In this document: piece after piece, positions 50,293-64,000 of the stretch
Numbering within the stretch: position 1 is the stretch's first letter
Layout of the letters: every line of letters starts with the position of its first letter
Assembly (NCBI RefSeq): GCF_009914755.1
Contig: NC_060927.1
Length of the DNA stretch: 64,000 nucleotides
Strand: one strand, 5' to 3'
Source: the human T2T-CHM13v2.0 reference genome, Homo sapiens
The notes under the pieces: generated by a model
Database searches by the model: none
Told to the model about the DNA's origin: nothing
The model's input: only the letters and a program-made list of their open reading frames with translations
Translations under genes and position numbers: made by a program

Positions 50293-51169
50293 TAAAAAAA
50301 ATAAATAAATAAGTAAATAGATAAAATTAAGCAAGTATTGCAAAAAAACTAATTATATTTACAGACTATAGGTAAGGGAGAGGAAAAGTCCTGACGCAAG
50401 CTACAGGAAATTAAAACAGACAAGTAAGCCCTTGAGTCTAATTGAAGAGCAAGGATCACTAGGAAGGAATCCTGGGCTTAGAAGCACTTAAAAGTGCTGT
50501 TCCTCAAACCTCTTCTCCCCCGCCCCTGCCCCCCTCCCCCATTTTCAAATCTAGAGTGCCTCAGATGCCAGGTTTTAACATCCAGGATCAGTCTCAGCCC
50601 TGCCAGAGACCTGCCTTGGGAGGTTGGAGCTGGAACCCTAAAATACTAGAAGCCTGGATAATAGGCTTCTAAACACAATAGACTAAACTATGTTGCTAGA
50701 CAACTAAATTAGAAGTTAATTTTTTGTCCTTCTTATGATGATTAGCTTTTACAAGAATATGAATAGAGTATTATACTTCAGGAACATTGTGATTTAAATT
50801 AGCTTCTACAAACCTGTATTTTGTTCATACAGCTGATTCTCAAGAAGTCCCAAGATTGAAGATCCTTGGAATGTAGAGAATTGTTCTTTATTTCCCATAA
50901 AAAGGAGACCTTCAAGAACTTAACCACTTTCCCCACAGTATTTTGATGAGTATTGGAAGAATATAGAAGTTTGTTTCTCTATGAGTGAAACATTCGTCAT
51001 TGAGTAAATTTCTGTATTTGGCTGATGAGGGAGGATACAATTCCAGCCAGCCTGCTGACAGGCTATGTGGGAAATGGTAAATAAATAGATAAAGGATAGT
51101 GTCCTAAGGCTGAAAATAGAGTTTTTGGAGGTGTCTTGAAAGCCATTTTAAGGAATACTACAGTCTTAG

Positions 51170-51310
51170 AAGGTTGATTTTCTCATCCTCATTTTATATT
51201 TTATTATGTGAAGACACAAATTTATTGCTTTGCCCTGAATCCCATTACTTATAAACGGCAGAGGGGGGATTTAGCCCTACATCACACTCCATATTGTTTT
51301 AAGCAGGCAC
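51170..51310 (-). mobile_element. MIR fragment
   Basis: 'tcctcattttata...tgccctgaatccca...aaacggcagaggggggatttagccc'. Confidence 0.45.
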
Positions 51311-51479
51311 TGCTGCCTTTCAATGTTCAGAAATATGTGCTTTCTACAAGCTCATTTATTTCTATATTTGAGTAGTAATTGTTTTTTTTTTCTCCTCTCT
51401 TACTTGCAAAGCTCCTTTTGAACAAATTTAACTTTGCTTCAGCTAAATGAAGGAGGGCATTTTCTTTCTCCATAAAGAT

Positions 51480-51610
51480 AGTGGGTATTCTAGTCCTATG
51501 GTGGTCCCTGCCACTAACTTGCTGTGTGACTTCTGCAAAATATGTGTCTTTCAAGGCCCAGATTCTTCATGTGTCTGTTGATGGGGTTGGCCTGGAGGTC
51601 TCAAAAGGCT
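51480..51610 (+). mobile_element. MIR3/MIR fragment
   Basis: 'ctgccactaacttgctgtgtgactt...atggggttggcctggaggtctc'. Confidence 0.55.
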
Positions 51611-53029
51611 GTGATGTTTCATATGCTGGTGTTCCTGACAGTTGTTCTGTGTCAGAACCGTGAGAAATCAGGAAAACTGGGACTGACAGAAAGGTGAAAA
51701 CACAGTTGGGGACAACTGTGGAAAACCATAAATGTGATCCCTTCCTGGCTTCAGTTTTTCTTCACAGTTGGTATTCATTTGACTCAGTCCCTCAGATCCC
51801 AGAGGACAGTGTGTTATACAAACAGTATCAGTGGCCACTCTGGCCTATGCCTCACGAAGAAGAGGAAGGATAACTACATAAATAAATAATGTAACATTGG
51901 AATTGGGCAATTTTCTGTCCTTTGGGGGCCACTGGAGAATGCCAATTTGGACCACACAAGACTCCAGGGGTTGTAAAACAGCAAACCACAACATGGTATC
52001 CACTTGAAGCCTTTCACCGCAGTGTGGTTGGCCAGGAGCTGAGTAACCAAACCTTTTACAGTGCACAGCACAGTCAATGCAGTCACTGGAAACTCTAACC
52101 TCACTCTCCACTTCAGGGTGGGCTCAGGAGTCCTATGGGTCTGTAGCTCCCAAAAGCCAGTCTGAGGACTTGCATCCATCAATGTCAAAGTCTTCAGAAG
52201 TTGGCTGTAAAATGCAAGAAAAAAAAGTACAAAAGAGAAAGAAAATAGGATGTGCTTTTTATAAAACTAAATTTATTGATGAACTAAAGCTGTTAAGACT
52301 TTTCTCTTTTCTGATTTTTCCTACTTTTTAAAAGTAAAATGTTCTTTCACTTGTGCAATTATAGTGATAATAAGTGGTAAATTGTATATGTTGTTTATAT
52401 GTTCATATGTTGTTTTGTTGTTTTTTGCTTGACAAACCTATATCAGATTCCAGGCTTATTATTGAAATTTTCCTGGCCCATGAAATTGAACACTGTGGAC
52501 ACTTTTGATTTAAAGTATACAGGAGGGATGAAACCTCTGGAGCCCCTTGGTACACAAAGAGGCTACAAAGCAGAAATCTGAAGAAAGAAAATCCCTGAAC
52601 CATCTGTAAGGTTTGGAGATTTGGACCACTTGCCCTCGGTTCCTGTTTTTGGATCTCACTTTATCTCTATTGTTGAACTGTGATTCAACAGGGTCAGAGA
52701 AAAACTAAGTTCATTAGTACTAAAAAACACATTTTTTCAAAAAATAGGCAAGAGTTAGAGATACTCAGATTTAACTATTATGCCTCTATAAGATAGAATG
52801 CTGTAATTTTCTGATTTCTTTTCACTTTGAAGAATGCCCTTGATATTCATTGCACTCTAATTTTACTGGATACAATTATGATATGGGTGAGAATAGGAGG
52901 TCAATGATAAACAAGCTGCCAATTTCTTAGCACATATTATGTGCAAAATAGTTTTTCATGTATTTTCTCCATCTCATAATTACTGTAATTTAAAAAGATA
53001 GAGAACTGCCACTTACAGTGATAGTGTAA

Positions 53030-53235
53030 GATAATATAAATAACAAGGATTTTGGCTTCCAATAAATCTGAACATGAATCCTACCTCTATGGCCTTGGTA
53101 AGCTAATTGAATTTTTTCCTTATTCATAAAATGAGGCCAACAATAATAATGCATGAAATTTTTATGAGAAACATACTGTAGAGTAAGTGTGAAATATCCA
53201 GATTAATGGCTGGTATATGGGAAGAACTCAATATC
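53030..53235 (+). mobile_element. MIR SINE, degraded
   Basis: 'ctgaacatgaatcctacctct...ccttggtaagctaattgaa...ttccttattcataaaatgagg...ggctggtatatgggaagaactcaata'. Confidence 0.6.
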
Positions 53236-53795
53236 TGACTAAATAACTTCATCAAGTTCATGATTATTGTATGTAGCAGAGGTGAGAGCACCAGTCTCTG
53301 CCTCACAATCTATGAGCCTAGTACCATAGCAAGAATAACTGGTTTGTTGCACCATCTTAGAAAGTTGGGGCATAAACATGACATTGTTGTATTTTCTCCA
53401 TTTACCCCTTTAAATATTCTGTCAAATCTCCCTCACTGTCTTCCTTAAAAGTATCTTAGGAAGGATCCACAGCATTAGGCTCACAAATATAAAACTGTAT
53501 CAACAAATTTAGTGTGGCCAGTTTGAACTACCAATATATCCCTTTTAGATTCTGACCTTGCAGTCTTTCTATTGTCACGTCAATATTTATGAAACTAACT
53601 TTTACAGTCATGTTGCCAAAGACCCTCCTAGCTCCAGTCAGCCTGCTGTAGAAGTTTGGAGACATTTGAACAATGCTGCAAGGATGCAGAGTAGGTAGAA
53701 GAGTAATTTGGACTATGACTATACCATATTTCTGCTAATTTGGCAGAGTTTCTGTCTAAATTTATGTTATCTCATCTAATACTCAATAATAGGCC

Positions 53796-54311
53796 TGTAT
53801 TATCTATTGCTGTGTAACAAATTACTGTAAGTCTGGAGCTTAAAACTAAGCATATTCATTATTTCACAGTTTCTGTGATCAGGAGTCACCTGGATCTGCA
53901 GTCTCATCTGAGGCTTGACTGGGGAAGAATATGTTTTTGTTAGCACAGTTCAGCTCATTTATAACTTGAGGGCTTCAGTTTCTTCCTGCCTGTCAGCTGG
54001 AGGCTATACTCATTTTCTTGAGGCTGTCTTCAGCTCCTTGTCATATGGCAGCCCAACATAGGCAGCCTCTGATAAGGCCTCTTACTTCTTCAAAGCCAGC
54101 TAAGCAGTGAGTAACTCCAGCAAGACAGGTGGTAGAATCTTATGTATCCTGTAATCCCATATATGTGATCACATGCAGCCTGCTAATTTTGCCATAACTA
54201 GTTATTTACAAGCAAGTCACACCCAAAAAGAGAGAAATACAAAAAGGTATGAATATCAGGGTGTAGGACTCATGGTGTTGTGCGGGGGCACTCATGAGTC
54301 TGTAGGCTACA
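53796..54311 (-). mobile_element. MLT1F-like MaLR solo LTR
   Basis: 'tctattgctgtgtaacaaattac...ctgcagtctcatctgaggcttgactggggaaga...cttcttcaaagccagc...tatgaatatcaggg'. TSD aggcc/aggca. Confidence 0.8.
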
Positions 54312-56305
54312 AGGCAGTATTATTAAAAATATAAGAATCCATTAATCTCTAATGAAAATTGTTAGTTAAAAAGAAGCTTGGAGGTCCACAGTGTCCCCAC
54401 CAACCTACACACTAAAACTTTTGGGGGATTGGAAAGCACAGAATAGTAGAGAAACTAGTGACTTACAATAAGCCTACATTCTTATTAAATTCTACTTCTG
54501 TGCCCATTGAGCTATATTCTCTTTTTATAGGAAATAACTTTCTATCTAAAGGTGCTTTAAATTCTGTAAGTTCTCTCACTAGAAATGGTTCTAATTTGGC
54601 AGAATCAACACTGTGCATTTGAGTGATTGGGTAACAGAAGGAGACTGTAAAATTTCTGAGTACTGAATATCCAGTACATATGAATGTTTGATAGCTTTAT
54701 TTTATTATCTAAAGTACATAGTAATGACTAAAGTTAGGGATAAGGATCAGTTTAAATACATCATGAGGAGGTATGACCTTCTCAATCATATGAGAGTCAT
54801 AATCACAAACCAAGTAGCATATGTTGTTTATCATAGAATTAAGTGTAGAAGGGTTCTTTCCTTCTGGGAAAATTATTATTTTCCCTGCTAGGGCCTTTTA
54901 TTCTTTGGCTACTAATATGGCAATTATTCTCCTTTCTGTCTTAAGTACTTTTCCCACTTATCCCCCACTCCCCATAATATTATAAATGCCTACCTTTCGT
55001 CAGGTCCATTTTTGTTACTAAGACAATACACCTGTTCTAAAAATAATTGAATATCTGGAGCTTATCTGGATTTAGAAAAGGATTCATGTTTCTGCTTCTT
55101 AGAATTTCTTGAAGCGCACTTTAGAAAACTATTTTTTTTAACAAATACAGTTATGTAAATCAAAACACAAACATAGCTTTTGTTCCTTTAAAGCCTTTTT
55201 CATAAATAAAACTGCAAGTTGTAAAATTTGCTTACTTTGGCAGAATAATGCATCAAATTTTCGTTCAAAAATTTGTTCTCCATATTTAATAATGACTTGT
55301 CTAATTTCAGATTAATTTTATTTAATAATCTCACTCATTATATATACTTCTAGCTACATATCTTTAGGTTATATGGTTCAAAATCAAGAAGAGTCTTGAT
55401 ACTAAATTCAAACTCTCTTTTCTTACCCAAGAGTTTATATAAAATAATGTGTATAAAATCCTATACAAATGTTACTAACTTATATAACATTTTTTTCAGA
55501 TTGAGGAAATTCTTCGAAACATCTGAGACCTTGAGAAAATAATACTAACAAAACATAAGAGTGCAATATTTGAAGTTCAAAAAATCAGAGTTCCTTTCCT
55601 TTTATAGCATTTAAGCAAAAAGTTTGAGGTGATATGTTTTTAATTTGTTACTTCAAATCTACATTTAGCAACACAGTCCTGACTTCTATGTTCAATATGA
55701 ATATTTTATTGTCTCATGATGAAAGAACCTAGGAAATAGCCACTTGAAAGAGGACAGAAGCTACATGGACATCTGGTTTAATTTATAGCTCTTGTTCATT
55801 ACCCTCATACCCAAATCTCAGAACATATGTGGTAAAGGCTTCTGAGAGGAAACCTGGAAACTGAACCTGAATTCTAATATTCTGAAGTTATGAACTAAAG
55901 CTGTTTAAAGTTAACAATAACTTTCTGTATTACTATATTTTTAATGCAGTAGAATTCTATGTTAACTTCATGCATAACTGTCTTTTTAATATAGTAGAAT
56001 ACTTTGGACACTGACTACTAAACTGTACCCAACCAGGGATATGGAAAACATTAGTATCCTTACCTGATTTGGTTCCCATCCAAATTCATTTCCCAGCTAT
56101 CTCTAGGCAGTGAGGGCCAAATGCCAGTGGTGTAGGTAGCCAGGAGTACTCTCAACCACATACTCAATGCAGTATGCTCTGAGGCATACTGACTTCCTAT
56201 AATGAAGACCTATTTCCTACAGAATTCAGTACTAAATCCCCAACCTAGCTATCTTGTTATATAGAAATTAATTTGATAGTTAGATAAGATAAATACATTA
56301 TATGA

Positions 56306-56733
<428 letters not shown>

Positions 56734-57343
56734 GAGCATTACATTTTTTAAAAAGCAAAATAAACAGAAAAAAAGTCTCCCTGCTATGGTTTTTAGCTTA
56801 CATTTTAAATCTACCCTGCACAAACAGGCCTTAATATATGTATATATTTATCCGCATATTATTAAATATATCTTCACTATATATTTCTGTGTAGATGTGT
56901 ATGTTTGAATGGTGAGATAGACGTGCTTTTAGAATAAATACAATAAATTTTACATACTGAGGAAGAAAATACTATTCTATTTATTCATTTATATTAGTAC
57001 TTGGAGTGAAACATTAGATATAATCACAGAAGGTTTGAAATCTTATCAGAAAACTCTTCATAATTGAAATGCGAAATCACAAACATCTATGTTGCTGCCA
57101 CCCAGGACTATATGTCCCTAAATAAGTCCTCTCAACTCAACAACTCCTCTCAACTAACCACTCGGGAGCTTGAAAATTCTTACATGATCCCATCACTCTG
57201 GCCACAGTGTATTCATTTAGGGATGGGAACCAGACACAGATTTAACCAATTATTCTATCCCCAGATTTTAGAACTTTAAATTTATAGAGCCAACATCAAG
57301 TAGGCTTTTTATTGCCATTTGAATAAAAGTTAGTTTGCAGTGA

Positions 57344-57733
<390 letters not shown>

Positions 57734-57899
57734 CATTCCTGCAGTTTCTAAAGTTTAGCTGTTTAATCCTTTTTTGGATTTCATAAGGAAATAAATTCTT
57801 TTTTTCCAAAATAATATTCATCATGCCTTTCTGTCACTTGCAGTCAAATAATCAAAAAATATAGTGATAATCTCTGCATGGAAACAATTTCCTTGCTGT

Positions 57900-58190
57900 T
57901 TTCCCAGTGTAATTTCCTTTTATCCTCTAAATTTAAGCTTCAACAATCATTCATCTATGAAGTCTTCTAAACTGCTAAGTACAAATTACTTGATTTTCTA
58001 TGTGCCAGGCCCTGTACTGTCCTTATAATTCTTATTACTATTCAGAATGGTAATTGTCTCTAGTTTCTCTTTACCTTGTCCAGGAACATTAACACAGGAA
58101 CCATATTTATTGTTCCTACCTTTGTTTGTCTAATGCATAGTATGAATCCAAGAACAATAAGAGATAATAAATAATTGTTGAATGCAAGAA
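57900..58190 (+). mobile_element. L2 3'-end fragment
   Basis: 'caggaaccatatttattgttc...ctaatgcatagt...ataaataattgttgaatg'. Confidence 0.55.
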
Positions 58191-60234
58191 ACAATAAAGG
58201 AAATAATAAAAGATGTTTGATTTCATACCAGTTTCCTCCAATTTACGACTTTTAAAATTTGTCAATGTTTTAACTCAGAGCATAGGTTGTCAAACTGATA
58301 CATACTGTATTAATCACTACTACTAATAAAGCCAACTTTCCATGTAGGAATAAATGGAACACTAACTTCCCATACAGCTTTTAAAAATACAATATTTTTA
58401 ATAAATGGTGCAAGTAAAAAATGTTGGTAACAGAATTCTATAGTACAATCTTAGTTTCCATTCTTTAAATTCCCCAAGCAACTCTCTCCAAACAACAATA
58501 CCTACAGGGTCAAAATTCAGATTTTCCTTGTCTGACAACCAAAACACAATTTGTATCTCTTAAGAGATGTGGAGCTAACTCAAAAATGTCGTATGCTTCG
58601 TTTTCCAAGAAAAACAGCACTTTTTGGTGAACTGAAGAAAGCGCACTTGGTTCACATGAGACTAATGGTTGTTCTCAGCACCTGGGAGGAACTGCCCTTT
58701 CAGGAAACAGTTTGTCTTGATCAGAAGCTGAGAAAAATACTTGTACTTAAAAACTCTTGCCTCAAATATTTCATATATTTAGAACCTTTTTGGGGGCCTT
58801 TGAATAGTGTTTTCAGTATACTTTTGGGGTATTGTTTATGGTGATTCTTGAAAAATATCTTTATAGACAGAGGGTTGTAAATTGTGCTTCTCAGTTGTCC
58901 AATCTAATAAACTGTCCCAAGTTGTGCTGTATTTTTAAATGTTGCCGTCCATACATTTATGTGCATAATGATTTGATTTTATTCTTCTTTTGTTAACTAT
59001 TAATTATCCACAAAATACAATTGACATTCATGTTTAGGTAAAGAATAATGGCCTGTTATGATTTTTAAATGTAATATTCTGCATTTTAAATATAATATTC
59101 TCCATTAAACAAGCCATAAACTGTCAATATTTACTCACACTGACCTAAACTGAAAGCCTCTCATTTTAGTTACTCTGGCACAAGATCTTACATATACATT
59201 ACTTATCTCCTGCCAATTTCCAAAGAAATACTATAAAAATGTTAATACAGTCTACAAATCACATTAATGTTTAGGAAAATCAAATTGTATATATCAATGT
59301 AATACAGGCTTGTGTGGCCTATTTGCATGGGATAGATTTAAAATATAACACTAAATCTACAGCAGAAAGGGTTTTTTTTCTGTTTATTTATTTAGCTTTC
59401 TTTTCAGTACAATATTGTTTTCTGGTTGCCATTCAGCAACTGACAAAGGATGGTTATTATACCTGAGTAAACGATCTTTCTTTAGGACTTGGTGTAAGAT
59501 CACTTCTTGGTCAAACTCCATGTTTCCATCATCAGCAGGAGACACATGAGAGTTCCTGGTTCCTTACACTATTGATGGGACATGGCTGCACTCCCCTCTT
59601 CGCCTGCACTTTTCTCACTCATAGCTTGTCTTTCCTTTTGTACCAGAGGCCATCTGAACTTGTCATAAAGCCCTCATCTCTGTCCACAACAGTCACCAGA
59701 AAAAGACCAACACTCTCAGGTCAACCCTAATCCATTGAATTCTAATCCACATATGACTCTGTTCATTTTTTTTTTTTTTTACTCAAGCTCCCACTCCTCC
59801 CCAGTTACTGAAACCTCCTTAGTATGCCTTTTGGAAGTCAAGATGAAATCTTGTAAAATCTCTTCTAAACTAACATTCTTCTCTAAACAATCTCTTATCC
59901 TTCATGTTCTAGGGAAACCATCTATGCCCACTGAGGATACCTGATTCCCCTGTAATCCTCCCCAAAGGGCAGCTGTTTCTCTCCAGTGCTTTTTGTACCA
60001 TGAGGCACAAGGGGTGCAGAAGTGTCCCTTTTACTACCCTTTACAGGCCCCCATTTTGAATTTCGTGTATTAAACTGCACTCCACTTTGATACATAGTCT
60101 ACTTCACCAACCACACCACACCCCTACATTGTTCTTTGAAAATTACAGATCTTTGGCCCACTGCCACCCATTCCATTGCTACTCCTCTCATAATTCTTAA
60201 TGAATTCAAATTCATAAAACAGTCCCTTCAAGAG

Positions 60235-60424
60235 CCTAAACTTTCACTTCCTTAACCCTTTACCCTATAACGTTCTTCACCCTGCCTTAGCCACTCAATC
60301 ACGTGGTTATTTCTTTGAATAATAATGTGTCATTTCTTTGAACAATAAATAACCACGTGATTGAGTGGCTAAGGCAGGGTGAAGAACGTTATAGGGTAAA
60401 GGGTTAAGGAACTGATAGTTTAGG
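60235..60424. repeat. Long inverted repeat: 65-bp perfect arms (60248-60312 / 60347-60411), extendable to 78 bp with 2 mismatches, 34-bp spacer
   Basis: Arms checked base by base as exact reverse complements. Confidence 0.97.
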
Positions 60425-61001
60425 ATACTGTAGTTGTAGCTGCTAATAACTACAAGTATTCCAGAATCTCAGTCTCAAACAGCTAACTGACACACCCAAT
60501 TTTTTCAAATCAACCTCTTACATGTTACACTCCAACTCAGATATTCCTTTTACCCTACCAGACCTTCAATATTTTTATACTAGCAACTTTTCACTATCTT
60601 TATCTCCATCTTATTTTCTCCCTCCTATCTTTAATCAGATGGCCAATCATAATTATTCCTTTGAATACACTCTCAATTTTTTTCCCTTTTCTCTTTTTTT
60701 ATATTTGTGTGGCTAAGCCATAGCCCTGACTAAATCCAGCGCTCCATATTACTACATTCCTGAACTTATGGTGGTGAACATACTAAAGTAAAACAAAACC
60801 AAACATTGAAAAATCAAAAATTCAAAGTGTGACTAAATCATGAAGAATAGATGTAGTTCAAATGTATAGTCACTGACCTTCGATACTTCCAGAAAATGAT
60901 AGGAGTCTATTCCCTCTCCTCCTCTGCTAGCTAACCATTTTAGAGATTCCCTAGTCAAGCTTCCAACAATGCTCCATTGCCCCTTTTGGTTGTTGACCTT
61001 G

Positions 61002-61472
61002 TGTATTAGTCTGAGTTCTCCAGAGAAACAGAACCAATAGAAATGTATATTGCCTTACATAATTATAGAGTCTGAGAAGGTCAAGGTCTGTAGTTAGTGA
61101 GCTAGAGACCCAGAAGAGTTGATGGTATAGCTCCAGCCCTTGTCTGAAGGCCTGAGAACAAGAACATCCACCAATGGTGTAAGTTCCATTTCAAGTTCAA
61201 GTCTAAGGGCAGGAGAAGACTAATGTCTCAACTTGAAGACAATGAGACAGAGAGAGAGAATTCTTTCTTTCTCAGCCTTTTATTCTATTCAAGTCTTCAA
61301 CAGATGGATGAGCCCACCCACATTGAGAAAGGCGAGTTGCTTTACTCAATCTACTAATTTAAATGTTAATCCTATGCAGAAGCACCCTTACAATCACAGG
61401 CAGAAATAATGTATAAGCAAATATCTTGGCACCTTGAGGTCCTCAAGTTGACACATAACATGAACCATCACA
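61002..61472 (-). mobile_element. MLT2 (MLT2C/D-like) ERVL solo LTR
   Basis: 'tgtattagtctgagttctccagagaaacagaaccaatag...caagttgacacataacatgaaccatcaca'. Perfect TSD ccttg at 60997-61001 and 61473-61477. Confidence 0.9.
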
Positions 61473-61946
61473 CCTTGTTTTCTTCGTTGAGAAAACAGAG
61501 TGAATCAGAAGAGAACACTTATAAACCTCCCCCACAGCATGTATCCACCAACCAGCCTTCGTGCCACAATATTCTGCCTTTACTCCTGTCACACTTGGAT
61601 GCTACAAGCTAAGGCCAACCCTCAGAATTGTATAATAAATGGTATCACAATTTATTGAGTGATTGCACAGTAAATTGCTTTGGCAATTTTCTCTATTTCC
61701 TTCAGTCATGCCATTTTTATCTTTATAGTGGATCATTCCCATCCCAATTTAGACATAAACTTATTTCTCTTTTAATGCAATAAAACAAAATGAAACAAAA
61801 AACTTTTAACCCCATTTCCACGCCTCTATTTGAGATTTTGCCTCATTTCTTATGTAAGATAAAAGTTGTTTTTAACCTCTGATTTATTTGCTCTCATTTC
61901 TCTTAAATCTAATCTAATAAGTTTTTTGCCCCTAATACCCCATTGA

Positions 61947-62267
<321 letters not shown>

Positions 62268-63017
62268 CTGAATATTCTTTCTATAGCAAATCCAATAGCC
62301 AGTTTTCAGTCCTGGCCTAGTAGTTCCATTTTACATGATTTGTCACTTTGTTCTTCCTGAAATATTTGTTCTTCTCATCTTCTAGGGTATCCTACCAGCC
62401 TAGCTTTCCTTCTACCTTGCTTGTCTTTCCTTCTCAGCCTCACTTGCTGGTACTTTCTCATGCCCCTAAATGTTAAATATAGGAGAACTCCAGGGTTCCA
62501 TCCTTGAACTTCTTCTTTGTTCTATCTCCACTCATTCTCTGAATTAACTCAACTGATTTTATTATTTCAAATAGCAACTACATGTTGATAATTCCAAATT
62601 CATTTTTAACCTAAAGTTTATGTATCAAAGGACTACTTGACATCCCACTTGAATGTTTAAGAGCATCTGCAACTTAATATACTGAGAATTGAGCTTTGCT
62701 ATCTTACCCTAATCTTTTCCTTTTTCAATTTTCCTTAATTAATGGCAACATTTTTCTTTCAGGTGCTCAGGGTACAAATCTTAGGGTCACCTTTATTCTC
62801 CTCTTTCATTCATTCCTTTTATATTCAGAGGATGGCTATGTCTCTACTCCTTCCCTTCGCCATTCCCTCCAACTTCCCATGCCCCAAACATCAGTATCTC
62901 TTGCCCAAATTTTAGCAAAAGCATCCAAAATTATCTCCTTTCACAATAGTCATAATACAACTTGCTCAAAATACTTTATTAACTTTCCAATTCACTCAGA
63001 GTAAAAAAAAAAAAAAA

Positions 63018-63393
63018 TTTATCATTTCACACTGCTATATAGAACTACCTGAAACTGGGTAATTTATGAAAAGAAAAAAGAGGTTTAACTGAGTACAGTT
63101 CCACAGGCTTAACAGGAAGTATGACCGGCAGGACTCAGAAAACTTACAATCATGGCGGATGGCAAAAGGGAAGCAAGAAACTTCTTCACATGGTGGAAGG
63201 AGGTTGGGGGAGGGAAATGCCACACATTTTTAGACCATCAAATCTCGTGAGAACTCACTCACTATCATGAGAAGAGCATGAGGGAAATCTGCTCTTCCAT
63301 GATCCAATCATCTCCCACCAGGTACCTCCCCCAACATTGGGAACACAATTTAACATGAGACTTGGGTGGGGACACAGAGATAAGCAATTATCA
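63018..63393 (-). mobile_element. MSTA/MSTB MaLR solo LTR
   Basis: 'cacactgctatatagaactacctgaaactgggtaatttatg...gagaactcactcactatcatgag...ggggacacaga'. Confidence 0.88.
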
Positions 63394-64000
63394 ATCATCA
63401 TCTGGAAGGCCCTATGTGATCCATCTCCACCATCCACCACTCCTCATTCATCTCACTACAGCAGCTCTGGCCTTCTTGTCTTAAACTTGCTGGACTCTCT
63501 TTTTTATCTAGACTATCACTTTTTCTGTTTCCTTCTGGGCTTCTCCAGATAGCTACATGGCTATTTCTCTGTGATCCATCAGATCTCTATTCAAAGATTA
63601 CCTTTAAATGTGTCTTATTCTAAACATTCCATTTAATATTTTAGTACTCTTTTCCCCATCAAATTCTTCTTGTCTACTTAAATTCTCTCCAAAACACACA
63701 TCACTGTGTAACACAGTATATGTATATTCTTATTGGTTGTGCTTTTTGTCTGTCTTCCTCACCAGCAATAAAGGCTCCAGGAGGGCAGTGACTTTGTGTT
63801 TTGTTGGCTGTGTTATCCCTACCACCTAGAAACACAATGTAGACACTCAGAAGCTAGCTGATGAATGATTTGTTGAGTGAGAGAGGGAATAGCAAATGAT
63901 AAAATAGTACCTGATTTTTGTTTGAGGAAGCCACTGAAAAGAAAAGCAAGAGACCCATTTACTCTATTTCATCTTCCATATATAAACATATGACTCAAAC

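Overview
This is mammalian non-coding genomic DNA, almost certainly human or another great ape: it carries AluY, THE1, LTR12C, MER50 and a 7SL pseudogene. It is AT-rich and about half interspersed repeat. I found no credible protein-coding gene. The longer ORFs in the track lie in Alu, LTR or THE1-internal sequence, and the rest look like chance ORFs. Repeats recognised: about 9 Alus, a two-LTR THE1 MaLR element, many solo LTRs (MST, THE1, MLT1, MLT2, LTR9, LTR12C, LTR47, MER31, MER50, MER90), L1 and L2 fragments, MIRs and DNA transposons (MER44A split by Tigger3, MER53, MER45A, MER94, MER5, MER97). The most notable observations are: (i) a well-preserved ancient LF-SINE at ~12.8-13.0 kb, a candidate exapted enhancer or exon; (ii) a 65-bp perfect (78-bp near-perfect) inverted duplication inside an L2 at ~60.3 kb; (iii) two locally templated insertions at 5.4 and 6.4 kb, plus smaller palindromic repair scars; (iv) a ~85-bp micro-L1 insertion that appears to carry a 3' transduction; (v) an LTR12C nested in an MLT2A LTR with most of its NF-Y boxes mutated; (vi) a THE1 element with discordant LTRs. 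I cannot support a new multi-gene system here. All family and subfamily names come from recalled consensus sequences, not from a RepeatMasker or Dfam run, and the boundaries of old elements are approximate.
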